Origin: Octopus vulgaris | Lineage: Eukaryota | Assembly: GCA_951406725.2 (NCBI GenBank) | Contig: OX597827.1 | Span: 27,962,001-28,026,000, forward strand | Direction of reading: 5' to 3' | DNA: 64,000 bases | Part shown: piece after piece, positions 29,296-42,639 of the stretch | Numbering within the stretch: position 1 is the first letter of the stretch | Layout of the letters: every line of letters starts with the position of its first letter | Notes under the pieces: generated by a model | What the model was told of the DNA's origin: nothing | What the model saw: only the letters and a program-made list of their open reading frames with translations | Databases searched by the model: none | Translations under genes and position numbers: made by a program

Positions 29296-29692
29296 TACGA
29301 GTGCATAATATTTTTAAAATGCAAAAAATGCTTATGAACACAATAAATTAATAAGCTGATAGGTCATCATGCTTGAGTAAAACGTAACTGATACAGCCGT
29401 GAAAATACGATCCGTTTTAGAAAACATGGCTGCACAGGCAGCTATGGAAGAAAGAATGGTAAGTGACTAATTTATTAATACTTTTGAAGTACAGCAGATC
29501 TCAACCTGTATCATTTAAGAAGAATAACTCTTGCCTAGAGAATGTGAACAGAATGATAGCGGCAGGATTACATGTACAAAATGGTGCGAGTTTGACGACT
29601 CGAATATAATAACATCGGTCACAAATTACGATACAAAACTTAACTTACTCAGTGTGGCTGAAATAGCGTTATGATAGGTCACAATATATACA

Positions 29693-29795
<103 letters not shown>

Positions 29796-30131
29796 TTTAA
29801 CTATCAACCTGTCAGTCAGTCTGTCTGTCTATTTGTTTGTCTCCCTCTCTGTCTATCTCTCTTTTACTCGTTTTGGCCATTAGACTGCAGCCATGCCGAG
29901 GCATAGCTTGGAGAATGTTTAATTGAATAAATCGACCTTAGTGCTTATTCTTATAAAAAGCCTGGTGTTTATAGTTTATCTGTGATCACGTGCCCATAAC
30001 CGCTAAATATGGGCACATAAACACACCAACACCGGTTGTCAAGGAGTGGTGGGGACAAACACGGTCACAAAGGCACACACACATATGTACATGTATGCGT
30101 ATCTCCCTCTCTCCCTCTACACACACACATC

Positions 30132-30199
<68 letters not shown>

Positions 30200-30570
30200 A
30201 GACCTACTTTTGCCTCTCTTGTAATAGCTCCTTTCTCCAGCGTTCACCATTTCAACTCGTGATGACTTAACAGCCTTCACCGTTTGTTTTTACTGTTTTG
30301 TTCTTACTGTCCTGTTTTTGTTACCATTTTAACCCTCCGCAAAAATCCCAAATTTTATTTAATTTGCTTTGCAGGAAAGACTGTTTTAACGAAGTCGCGT
30401 CTTGTCCCTACCTTCGTAACGCAGAGTAGATAAAACAGGAGACACTGATAAAGGGAATGCTCTTTATGTTGCCCGTCTCGTTTCTCTATTTGTTGTCCGA
30501 AAAAAAGTTCGCTTTCCATGTTTTTGTTGTTTTCTTATGTTCTCGTTTTTTTTTCATTTTGTTCACGTTT
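30200..30570 (+). mobile_element. repeat homologous to 15025-15350 with a decayed rearranged hammerhead
   Basis: GCGT-C-TTGTCC..CCTTC-GTAA-CGC...GAGACA-CTGATAA-AGGG at 30397-30455. Confidence 0.5.
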
Positions 30571-30689
30571 GTTTTTTCGGTCCTGCCTATCAAATCCATT
30601 CACAAGGCATTGGTCGGCCGGAAGCTACTCTAGAAAATACTTGCTCAACGTGCCGTCTGGTTGGGAAGCAAGTATGCATGTATTATATA

Positions 30690-30918
30690 TTATTCTTTTA
30701 TTCTTTTACTTGTTTCAGTCATTTGACTGCGTCCTTGCTGGAGCACCGCCTTTAGTCGAGCAAATCGACCCCATGACTTATTCTTTGTAAACCTACTACT
30801 TATTCTATCGGGCCCCTTTGCGGAAACGCTAAGTTACGGGGATGTAAACACACCAGCATCGGTTGTCAAGCGATGTTGGGGGACAAACAAAGACACACAT
30901 ACATATACACGCACATAC

Positions 30919-30949
<31 letters not shown>

Positions 30950-31113
30950 CATATATGAGAGTCTTTTTTCAGTTTCCGTTTACCAAATCCACTGACCAGT
31001 CTTTGGTCGGCCCGAGGCTATGGTAGACGTCACTTGCCCAAAGTGTCACACAATGGGACTGAACCCAGGACCACGTGGTTGGTAAGTAAGCTACTTACCA
31101 CTCCTGCGCCTAC
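30690..31113 (-). mobile_element. SINE family C
   Basis: Reverse complement of 22828-23262; 5' end GTAGGCGCAGGAGTGG at 31113. Confidence 0.85.
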
Positions 31114-31232
31114 CTTCTTTCTTCGCGCGTTCGGCGCCCTGCGTTCGTGTTCGAGTGAGCCAGCGAAGCGGGCGATGATCGAGGTGGTAATGATCCTTCC
31201 GCAGGTTCACCCACAGAAACCTTGTTACGACT
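31114..31232 (-). pseudogene. 18S rRNA: rDNA fragment: last ~45 nt of 18S rRNA (31188-31232) plus ~74 nt of probable ITS1
   Basis: AGTCGTAACAAGGTTTCTGTGGGTGAACCTGCGGAAGGATCATTA is the universal eukaryotic 18S 3' end with two substitutions, followed by GC-rich spacer-like sequence. Confidence 0.9.
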
Positions 31233-31754
31233 ATATCTATATATGTAAATGTAGAACGATAAAATGAGTGCTCCACACCGTATTGGTAGATATATAATTT
31301 CTTAATTTGTTAATTAAGCCTACCATTGTTTTCCTGTTAAGAAGAGAAGGAGAATATCCTAGTGCTTTAACTATTTTTCAAACAGATCGCATGGAGAAAA
31401 GTTTTCGCCTTCATTTTGGAAAACAGCTTCATTCCATTCACAGGATTTCTCGTAAAATCGCGTAAATGAAACAATGAAACAATGAATCAAAGGACGTTAC
31501 TCTTTTGGAATCTGTCTCCTTTGAATTTGTCTTTTCGGTAAATTTCTTAATTATTTTGCATTATTTCTTTGTTTTGTTCTGGACATGATGTTCTTGTACT
31601 TGTAATATTGAGGTTGTACGTCTTTGGGACTTATTTTTTCTTTGTGTGAAGTTTGACCCTTATTTCATTTTTGTGTGAAGTTTGTGTGCTATGTGTGTTC
31701 ACGTTTATGAAGAGGCTACCCTGGTAGGGTTGCTCTCGTTTATAGGGGGCCTTC

Positions 31755-32128
31755 TTTAGAGTATTTGAGTGTAAAATATTGCTTGTATATGCAAGGAGAG
31801 AAAGCTTCATCTCTTATGTTTAAGACAATGTCTGTTGATTGTATAATATTTAATTTTTCAGTAATGAACAGGACACATTTGGTGCCCCATCCTCTGTATA
31901 TTTTTGGCTTTAGCAATAATTTTCTATTCTATCTGGGCGTTCTTTATTCTCCCTTCTTCCAATGTCCATATCATATTTGATAGGGATTTCGCATGTTTTT
32001 TTTTGTTTTTGTTTCTGAATGTCGCAAAATGTTGCGTATACCTTTCCTCGAACGCGTTTTCCCGTCATTCGGATATACGTCTTTGGTATTCCGTTGCAGT
32101 CCGAGTCCTTGGCTTTGTATACGAGTTC
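31755..32128 (-). mobile_element. degenerate Penelope-like GIY-YIG endonuclease fragment
   Basis: With frameshifts: LVYKAK..KTYIRMT..FEERYTQHFATFRNK..SLSNMIWTL..IE*KIIAKAK..KCVLFITEKLNII..LNIRDEAFSPC, colinear with the 7571 ORF. Confidence 0.7.
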
Positions 32129-32284
32129 TTTCTCGAGACAGTTGATGGTAGTCGTGGTGATGGTGGTTTCAGTGGTGGTGGTGGCTTTGTAGGTGGTGGG
32201 GGTGATGAGGATAATATTGATGATGACGATGGCAGTGATAGTGGTGATAGTGGTGATGGTTGTACTAATTCAACTATAAACCCT

Positions 32285-32664
32285 TCACGGCGGTGCTCCT
32301 GTATGGCCGCAGTCAAATGACTGAAGCATGTAAAAGAATAATAGAATAATAGAATAAAAGAATACATGTGAGTGGATTTGGTAAGCGGAAACTGAAAGAA
32401 GCATATATATATATATATATGTTTCTGTGTGTGTGTGTGTGTATGTTTGTGTGAGTGTATGTCTCTCTGTATTTTCCCCCACCATAGCTTGTCAACCGAT
32501 GTTGGTGTGCTTACGTCCCCATAACATTGCGGTTCGACAAAAGAGAACCCGATAGAATAAGTACTAAGTTTACAAAGAATAAGTCCTGGGGTCGATTTGT
32601 TCGACTAAAGGTGGTGCTCGAGCATGGCTGCAGTCAAATGACTAAAACAAATAAAAGAATAAAA

Positions 32665-32668
<4 letters not shown>
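32285..32668 (+). mobile_element. SINE family C 3' portions
   Basis: GTGAGTGGATTTGGTAAGCGGAAACTGAAAGAAGC; CAGTCAAATGACT tail appears twice. Confidence 0.75.
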
Positions 32669-32746
<78 letters not shown>

Positions 32747-33245
32747 AAATGCATGTATTTAAAAATTGAGGCTTACCAAAATGAAGTATATAACACTTGA
32801 TGGTTAGACAGTATATAGAAAATCAACAGACAAATTAATTCCATTTGTGAATCCAAGTTAGATTGGGACACTTTTAGCATTGCGTAATACAATAATAAAA
32901 GTCTCAGACGAATGGATTAATAAGATCTTCGCTACAATGTTTCCTGTAGAGATATTATTATGACGTAATGTCAGACATTGCGTTATGTAAGACATGCAAC
33001 TTCTATAAGGTTATGCAAATAGATCGTTATATAATAATCCCCAAAACCTCAAGCAACTATACCTAGGTCAATACTTGATTCGCAACTTCAGTAAATAATG
33101 TTTTTCAAGTTGCTGGTCATTCTAGAAATTTCCGAATGAAACATTGCAGCGAGACCATATAAAGCATTCGTCTCTCTTTTTGTTACAAACACGCACACGC
33201 ACATAGACAGACACAGACACAGCGAACACGCTGCTTACATCAATA

Positions 33246-33300
<55 letters not shown>

Positions 33301-33465
33301 CTGTTACTTAAACCCGACACTCGCGCTCCCAAGATTAAGTTATTAGACTTTAGTTGTGATCCGGCTCGAACACAAGTGTTGACTACCCTATGACTATTTT
33401 CAGGCATTGTTAGTGAGTACACACACATGCGAGCGTGTGTGCTTTTCTGTGAACTCACTGACAAT

Positions 33466-33915
33466 GAGTTCCAGATTATCTTTGCAATTTCGGCTGGTTA
33501 TACTCGAGATTGCTCCAATGTTGCCAGCCCCCTGCTGTAAGGGTTTACTTCTATACACGCCAGCTTAATTGAATTCGTCCTTAGTCGAAAGACACCAGTT
33601 GTTATATTCTGGTATTTGTATTTGTGTAACTTACTCCGTTTATTTTTCGTCCTTGTTTTCGTATACATTCGCTGCTTTCTTCCAAGAAATCTAATACTCT
33701 TAGCTTAGATTTTCCTTGGGGCTGGCCAGATTGGAGCAATCTCGAGTATAACCAACCGAAATTGCAAAGATAATCTGGAACTCGACTGAGGAAAAAAACT
33801 CTGAATGACCCGTCCTTCTTTTCTTTGTATCGTCTATATGAATGTTTTGTTGTCCCTTTCTTGTATCACCTAACTGCCTGAATATTTTGCGTTCTTGTCC
33901 CGTTTTGTGTGTGTA
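33466..33915 (+). mobile_element. repeat with a ~66-bp inverted duplication and a rearranged hammerhead motif
   Basis: 33466-33532 is the inverse of 33718-33783; motif at 33736-33792. Confidence 0.6.
33736..33792 (+). ncRNA. candidate non-circularly permuted hammerhead (second family)
   Basis: GCAAU-C-UCGAGU-auaaccaacC-GAA-AUUGC-(14 nt)-ACUCGA-CUGAGGA: perfect stems III and I; stem II not formed in this copy. Confidence 0.5.
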
Positions 33916-34082
33916 TATATATGTATATTCAAAGGGCAAGACCGCTAGGTAGTCGGCCGTATGCTAGAAATAGATCACCAACGATCAAACTACAAAGAAT
34001 GTTCTCTAGAGGAAAATTCAACGAACACCAGAACAAATTAGGCGGGCAAGACAGATGAAAATTATATAAAAAAACAGAATTA

Positions 34083-34160
34083 ATCACATACCGGCGGTTT
34101 CAACTATTAACAAAAGAATTACTTACATAATCCAACTGTCCGTAGTTTCGTCAGTGCGAT
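34083..34160 (-). ncRNA. type I hammerhead ribozyme
   Basis: ATCGCA-CTGACGA-AACTA...TAGTT-GAAA-CCGCCGG-TA-TGTGAT. Confidence 0.8.
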
Positions 34161-34179
34161 CGTTCCGACAAATGTAATT

Positions 34180-34316
<137 letters not shown>

Positions 34317-34347
34317 TTGGTGTATATATTATAAATTAATTAATTTC

Positions 34348-34391
<44 letters not shown>

Positions 34392-34392
<1 letters not shown>

Positions 34393-35705
34393 CGGGAAGC
34401 TTTATGAAAATAAATAAAAGACGAAGGCAGGTGGAGTACAAACAAACAATTGTATTAGTATGGCGCTCAGGAATATAAATAAAACAAGTCTTTTACGTTT
34501 CGAGCCTACGCTCTTCAACAGAAAGATACACAGAAAAGAAACACGGAGAGAAACAAGGAGAGAAAAATGCGTGCAGAAGCTAGCGAATCAACATGGCGAT
34601 CTGATTCCGGCCAGAAGTCAAAGATCATACGTGAGACGCAAGAGCGAAAATAGGGGAGATAACAGGGTCAAATGACCTCGCCCCAACATAAGGGTGTGTG
34701 TGTGTATGAGAGAGTATGTAGTGCGTATGAGAAGTCCGGATGTGTGTATGTATATATGTATGATGTGATGTGTAATGTCGTATGGTGTAGTGTAGAGAGA
34801 TGAGGAGGAGGAGGGAGGAGAGGGGGCGGTGATAAGGGGAGTAGGGGGATAAGGGGGAGAGAGAGGAGAGGAGAGATGAGGGGGAGAGAAGGGGAGATGG
34901 AAAGTGGGAGAGAGGAAGAGGGGGAAAAGGAAAGAGGAGAAGAAGAGGGAGGAGGGAGAAGGGGAAAGGTGAGAGTGAGAAGGGGGAGAGGGGGAGAAGG
35001 AGGGGGTGAGGGGGAGATGAGATGAGGGTGGAGGGGAGATGAGATGATGGGGGAGGGGGAGGGGGGAGAAGGAAATAGGAGAAGAGGACGGAGGACGGAG
35101 GAGGAAGAGGGGAAGGGGAGAAGGAAGGAGGGGAGAGGAGGAGGAAGGAGAGAGGGAGGGGGAGAGAGGGGGGATAGAGAAGTCGAGTGTGAGCAGAGAG
35201 AAAGAGGGAAGGGGAGGAGGGAAGAAGAAAGAGGGAAGAAGGGAAGAAGAGGGAAAGAGAGTAAGGGTAGGGAAGAAGGGAAGAGGAGGGAAAGAGAGTA
35301 GGGGTGAAAGGATGAAGGACTGAAGAGAAGTAGGGGTCGGGGGAGGTTAGATGAGGAGGGGGAATATAGAGGGGTTTTAGATGAGGAGGGGGAAGAGAGA
35401 GGGGGTTTAGATGAGGAGGGGGGAGAGTTGAGACCAAATGGCGTAAAAGAGCGAAGAGAGAACATTAATTCCTGTTCACGGCGCAAACGGGAATCCGGAT
35501 GGCCTCTGTGCAAGGACAAACCGAACACAGACAGGTGTTGCAAGGAGTGACTGGTGGAGCGGAAATGGCGTGAGACCGGTGTGTTGTTGGCAAGGCGGAT
35601 GTCACGGAGGTGTTCCGCGAACCGGTCAGCCAAGATGTACAGGGAATGGCAGAGAGAGCAAAAGATGCAATAGATGATATTGCTGGAGGTGCAGGTGAAG
35701 GGGTT
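34392..35705 (-). mobile_element. 5'-truncated Penelope-like (Neptune-type) element: GIY-YIG, low-complexity tract, terminal repeat
   Basis: [62 protein letters not shown] (35427-35702; the GxT motif is deleted); HHR-like CTTT-CTGTTGA-A-GAGC..GCTC-GAAACGTA-AAAG at 34490-34525. Confidence 0.85.
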
Positions 35706-35791
35706 GATTCCCCTTGTATTTTGAATACTATGCAAATATTCTTTTAAAAAGCTTTTCATTTAATATTTCCAAAATTTAATTGTTTTCCATA

Positions 35792-35833
35792 TTTACAGTT
35801 GAAAAGTCTCAATGACTGAAACCGGTACTGAAA
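35792..35833 (+). ncRNA. variant minimal hammerhead motif
   Basis: CAG-TTGAAAA-GTC..GAC-T-GAAA-CCGG-TA-CTG. Confidence 0.5.
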
Positions 35834-35961
35834 TGTTTCTTATGATAAAATTATTTTAGCATTTTCTACCTTTCCATATATATCAACTCGTGTGTTCCTT
35901 TTCAATCTTCTATACACGCACACACACACACACACACACACATATATGTATGTATGTATGA

Positions 35962-36058
<97 letters not shown>

Positions 36059-36807
36059 TATTGGTAAAAACGGTAAGATAGATATAGATATATATATATG
36101 TATGTATTTATATATATATCAGCTTCTTTTTCTTGCCTTCTCTCTCTCTCTCTATCTCCCACCGGACAAATAAACCAACTGCATCGTGAACACCCGAAAT
36201 ATTTGTCATATTCTTCTTGATACATACCCACGCATCCCTATCCACAATTCCTACACCCCACAATCCAAACACATACCTTTGAAATTCTCTTCGAATTTCT
36301 TCACAATAATTCTTTTCACTTTCCTTATCACATTTTACATTTTCATGCGTTTTGTGTCCTCTATGTCCTTTCCATCTTCTCTACTGTCACTCATCCATTT
36401 TCCTTCTTTCTTTCTTCTATCGTTCTTTCATTCTTTCTTTCCTTCTTTCTTTCTTTCTTTCTTTCTTTAATTCACTCTTTACTCTTTATCTTTCCTCTCT
36501 TCCTTATCTGCTGCTTGTCTGCTTTCTTATCCTTTTTCTACACGTCTCCATCAAATTATCGTACACGCTCTTTTATATTTCTATCGATATTGAACTGTCT
36601 GCCAGTCACTCAGGCCTGTCTGTCTGTCTGTCTCTCTTTTCTATCCCCTTCTCTCTCCCTCTCTCAAACACACATTCTCATTCTCCCTTTCCTTCAATTT
36701 TTCACTATTTCTGTTTTATCATTGCCTCCCCTTCACCGTCCTTATTATCATCATCATCATCATTGTCGTCAGTGTGATCCAAATAAAAGAGACACATGCA
36801 TCCAGAC

Positions 36808-36838
<31 letters not shown>

Positions 36839-36870
36839 CATACATATAGATATATTTATGACGACATAAA

Positions 36871-36950
<80 letters not shown>

Positions 36951-37222
36951 CGTTTTACGTACATTCTCTCCTATTAATTTCTTGACTAGATTCCTATCAC
37001 TCTCTATCCCACATCTCTCTCCCCTCTCACTTTCTCTCTCTCTCTCTCCTTCTCCCCCACTCACTCTCGCTCTTTCTCTTCTCCTCTACTCCGATCACTA
37101 CACCTTTCAAAATGCTGATCTCATTATTCTCCGCCCGACACCTTTTCCTCCTTTTTTTATCTCAGCTGTCATACGACATCAACAATTCCCTTTACACACA
37201 CACAGACACACACAGACACACA

Positions 37223-37277
<55 letters not shown>

Positions 37278-37349
37278 CCACCCCACCGCCATCCCAAGGT
37301 ACATTTTCTTTCTTTTACCCTTATCTTGTCTCATGTTTTCTCCAATGTG

Positions 37350-37406
<57 letters not shown>

Positions 37407-37455
37407 TGTATGTATATATGTATGTGTATATATATATGTATGTATGTATGTATGT

Positions 37456-37522
<67 letters not shown>

Positions 37523-37600
37523 CATACATACATATATATGCAGATGTGTGTGTGTGTATGCATGCATACATACATATATATATGCATATGTATGTTTGTA

Positions 37601-37639
<39 letters not shown>

Positions 37640-37671
37640 TATTTACATGTGTACAGGCACACATTTATGTG

Positions 37672-37702
<31 letters not shown>

Positions 37703-37937
37703 ATGCACATGCACAAATCCATTTTTTCACGTAAGCATATATTCGACACGTAGACACGAACACAAAACCACTCAAGATTCATACATATATTAACATATAA
37801 TATGCATACATCCACATATGTAGGCATATACGCATACACATTTATATACCAATACATTTTTGCATGTATGTTTACATTTAATACATTGACATAAACTTAA
37901 TTTGTAGTTATACATAACGCATACATGTACATATACA

Positions 37938-38048
<111 letters not shown>

Positions 38049-38132
38049 TATACATATATGTATATGCAACATATATATATTCATATATATATATGTGTGT
38101 ATATATAAATTACATACGTTTAGTAGGCATAT

Positions 38133-38223
<91 letters not shown>

Positions 38224-39196
38224 TCTATATGTAAATATATACATGAGGGTGTTTGTGTATATGCATGCATGTATACATGGATTGAATTCATATATATGTA
38301 TGCATGTATATATATATATGTACAGACAAATGTATACACGCACATATATATGTATACACTCGCACACACACGTGTGCGTGCGTATATGTTTGTGTGTGTA
38401 AACAGAAGGGTCATCATTACTGAAGAATTTTTGCCTGAGCCCAAAACCATCGGGAAAATAATAATAATAATAATAAATAAAACGAACAAACAAACAAAAA
38501 AACTAACCGAAAGAAAGAAAGAAAAGAAAACTACTAAACAAAACCCTAAACGAAAGAATGAAAAAGAAAAAAAGAAAAATGATTCACAGTTTAGGAATTC
38601 TTGAAATGTGACAAGTTGAAGCAGCAGAAATCACCAAGAACTTCTGATGTTTCGCCTTCTTTGAAAAGGCAAAATGCCACACGATAACTACGATGTTGTT
38701 GTTATTGTTGTGGATGTGGTTGTCGCTGTTGTTGTTGTTGTTATTTTGTTGTTTTGTTGTTATTTTGCTGTTGTTTTGCTTCTGTTGATGTTGTTGATGT
38801 TGTTGTTGTTGTTAATGTTGTTGCTGTTGATGCTGTGGTTGCTGTCGCCGCCGCCGTCGTCGTCGTGGTCGTCGTCGTCATCATCGCCATCGTTATCATG
38901 AACATATCATCGTCGCCACCACTAGCGTCGCCGTCGTCATCGTGCACATTATTCTTATCACCCACCAGCATCGTCATCACTCTCGACCACACCCCCACCA
39001 CCATCACCACCACCATCGTCATCATCAATATTATCATCATCATCCCAATCATCACCACCGCCAACAACAACACCACCACTAACAACACCCCCACCACCTA
39101 CAAAGCCACCACCATCACCATCACCACCACCACCATTACCATCATCATCATCATTATCATCATCATTCAAATCATCATCATTATTATATTATTTTA

Positions 39197-39250
<54 letters not shown>

Positions 39251-39461
39251 GCTACTACTACTATTGCAGCTACTGCTGCTGCTGCTGCCATTTTATTTAT
39301 CTGTTAATTTTTGTTTTTATTTCTTTTCGTTCCTGTAAGGAATCATTTTAGTTTGGATGTGTTCGGTTGCTCCGTGGTTGGTTTTGACAAGAAAATTCTA
39401 GTTTCCTACCTGACACCTTGACGTCTTTTGATGTCGCTTTGGACCACAACATTATAAACAT

Positions 39462-39506
<45 letters not shown>

Positions 39507-39669
39507 AATAAATGCATACATAATCAAAAATGCACATGCACACACATACATACATACTATACACATACATGCGGATGCATATCTCTATCTCTATCTAATA
39601 TGTATATATAAATAAATATAAACCATATATTTGTAATAATGTATGACTCTCTCTCTCTCTCTCTCTCTG

Positions 39670-39742
<73 letters not shown>

Positions 39743-40287
39743 ATGTATGTATGTATGTATATATATATATATTAGAAAAAATGAGGTAATCATTTTTATA
39801 TATATATATATATTTATATTTATAAACATATGTATACATGTACATATCCCTACACACACTCGCACACATACATATATACGCGTCCATGTGTGTAAAAACT
39901 TATCTATCCGTAATCCGTTTCGTTTGTACCCCTATGAAATGGAATACAATGGCCAGAATAATATTTGAAATCTGTATAAGTAGGAAAATAATAAAAATAA
40001 AATTGTGGAATATAGAACCAGGTTTGCACCGCGCAATTTTTGAAGCGTTCTTGTTTCGACACATGTTGTTCCCGTTTGGTTAAGATATTTGGTCACAATC
40101 ATACGATTCTAGTTTCGCTTTTACACCGCAGCACCTTACGCATGTTTTCTAACCGCGTCTTATATTGACGAGAGCATTTGAAATGAAATTGGGTTAACAG
40201 CAACAGGGTAAAGACTTGACGGATGGGTTTACATATTTTCGAGAAGCAGCCAAAGGTTTTGGCCCACATTAAAATAATCTCTCGGCG

Positions 40288-40600
40288 TTTCAGAAAACAG
40301 CACAGCTCCCATGACTTTCGGAAACATTTTTTCACGCTAAGAGTTGCTGAAGCATGGAACAGACTGCCGGCATCAGTTGTTAGTTGTCGGAGCACTGCAT
40401 CCGTCAAAACTTCCATGCTTCCTGAGATTCGCCAACACTACACCTGATTTTCTCCTCTCCATACACACGCAAGCATATATCTGACTCATACACAGTTCGC
40501 TTTCCAGACATTTGTACATTACTGCATAGGCTTTATACGCACTTTCTGACAAGTTGCGGTGCACCTGAGCACTGTATACAATAATTTCATTATTATTATT
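40288..40600 (+). mobile_element. CR1-group LINE 3' end
   Basis: RKHFFTLRVAEAWNRLPASVV..S..K C-terminal motif, 3' UTR and (ATT)n tail. Confidence 0.8.
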
Positions 40601-40850
40601 TTGAGGAGCCTTATTTGTCGTAAGTATTCTAACTTAATTGGTTTGCACTCGTAAGTAAATATGCCGTTTGATATTAAATACACGGGGGAATACGTAAATG
40701 TTTAAAGTTAATTTCTGGTGAAAATAGGTAATCACAAGGCATCTGCACGAACATCATTTTCAGTCTGCTTCGCTAGTTTTTAAATACAGAGAAAAAAAAG
40801 TCCCCAATCATTATCGAGGGAACTGACCTGTCATTTATATTTATAATGTA

Positions 40851-41240
40851 CAAGCAATATTGCCCGGCGTTGCTCGGGTTTCTTTCGACCCTTTAGAATT
40901 GAAATTTTCAGTAGTAAAAATTTTGTATTATGTATCTTGTTATTCTCTTTAAGTGAACATTTTTCTTGTTAAAATACACCGAAAAATGGCGATACAGCAG
41001 TAAAAAAATCGTAAAAAATAGGAATATTCATAGAAAAAAAGCACCTTTGTGATGTAAATAATTTTTGGTGTTAACATGGTCCGATTTGAATTTTTTCTTC
41101 TACGGAAGGAAGAGCAAGCCTTCTTCTATCATACTCTCAATTTTGGTCAACTTACAACGCAGGGTCTCGGAGGAGATAGGGTTAGTTGAAGGCTACCAAA
41201 CCTGCCACACACAGACAACTTCAGCTTTATATATATAGAG
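40851..41240 (-). mobile_element. non-autonomous Helitron
   Basis: Minus strand 5' TCTATATATATAAAGCTGAAG; 3' CCCGAGCAACGCCGGGCAATATTGCTTG. Confidence 0.75.
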
Positions 41241-41624
41241 ATTCGAGAGGATGGAAAGATCGTGACCCCCCCCCCCCAAATGATGATCTCAAGGGCAACT
41301 ATGTCGTAAAAGCTATCCAGTGAAGCATAGGTTATGGAGGGGGTTGTCTAACATAACTTCTACAACTTCTGGTGACATCGTAAATGTTATGTGAGGGTTG
41401 AAAATACCAATGTCATATACTTCGTCTTCTATAAGGGTTCGGGGACAAAGTGGACCACAGCATTTTGATGGATAAACACCAGCATGAGAGTTTATGGTAA
41501 ACTATTAATCTAGGTTAAATGTTTCTTAGTAAGCAGAACACAACAGATTGTGATCCAAAGAATCCAATCGTAACCCCGCCAAAATAATATATATATCTGT
41601 ATATTTATTTATTTATTTATTTAT

Positions 41625-42018
<394 letters not shown>

Positions 42019-42639
42019 AAACCGTTTTTACCGCTTGGCTCGCTTTCAATGCCCCGTCCGATTCGCTCCAAAATTTACAGGGACATGTAGAATGAGGTGA
42101 CGATGCCCGTGGGCTACCTTAAAAATCCCTATCTTAAAAGGTGTGGTTGCTAGGGGCCATCTTCCTCACTCACGCTATTTCCTCCATTCCCCCCCTAACT
42201 CCCCTTCATTTATAACTTTTACAAGTCCACTCCTGTTATTTAACGTATCTGTCTTCCTCAACTCACTCTCGCTATTTCCTCTCTTCCAAGAACATTTTCA
42301 CTCACTCTATCTCTTAGCTTCCCATAAATTTCACTTATGTATCTGTCTGCATTCATACAGAGAAACAAATATTTCATCGCCATCGCCACCGCATGCTATT
42401 GTCTACCTGTCAACGCGCCCATCGACCAAATACAAACAGAACACACCAACGAGCGTTTATATATGTGTGTGTGTGTTCTATATATAAATATGTATATATA
42501 ATGTATATATACAAAGTGTATATATCTGTATTTACGTATGTTAAACTTTTTAATACTTTTTGATAGTTACGTAAAGGGAACTGGTTGCTTCATTACACTT
42601 TTTGGGTGCAACTTGGGTGCGAGACAGATAATTTTCTCT

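Noticed and set aside
31188-31232. Functional rDNA unit
   Set aside because: Only ~45 nt of 18S with substitutions; no 5.8S or 28S nearby
38670-39290. ORFs encoding Val/Thr/Asp-rich proteins
   Set aside because: Compound trinucleotide low-complexity DNA (GTT/CAT/CAC/TAC)
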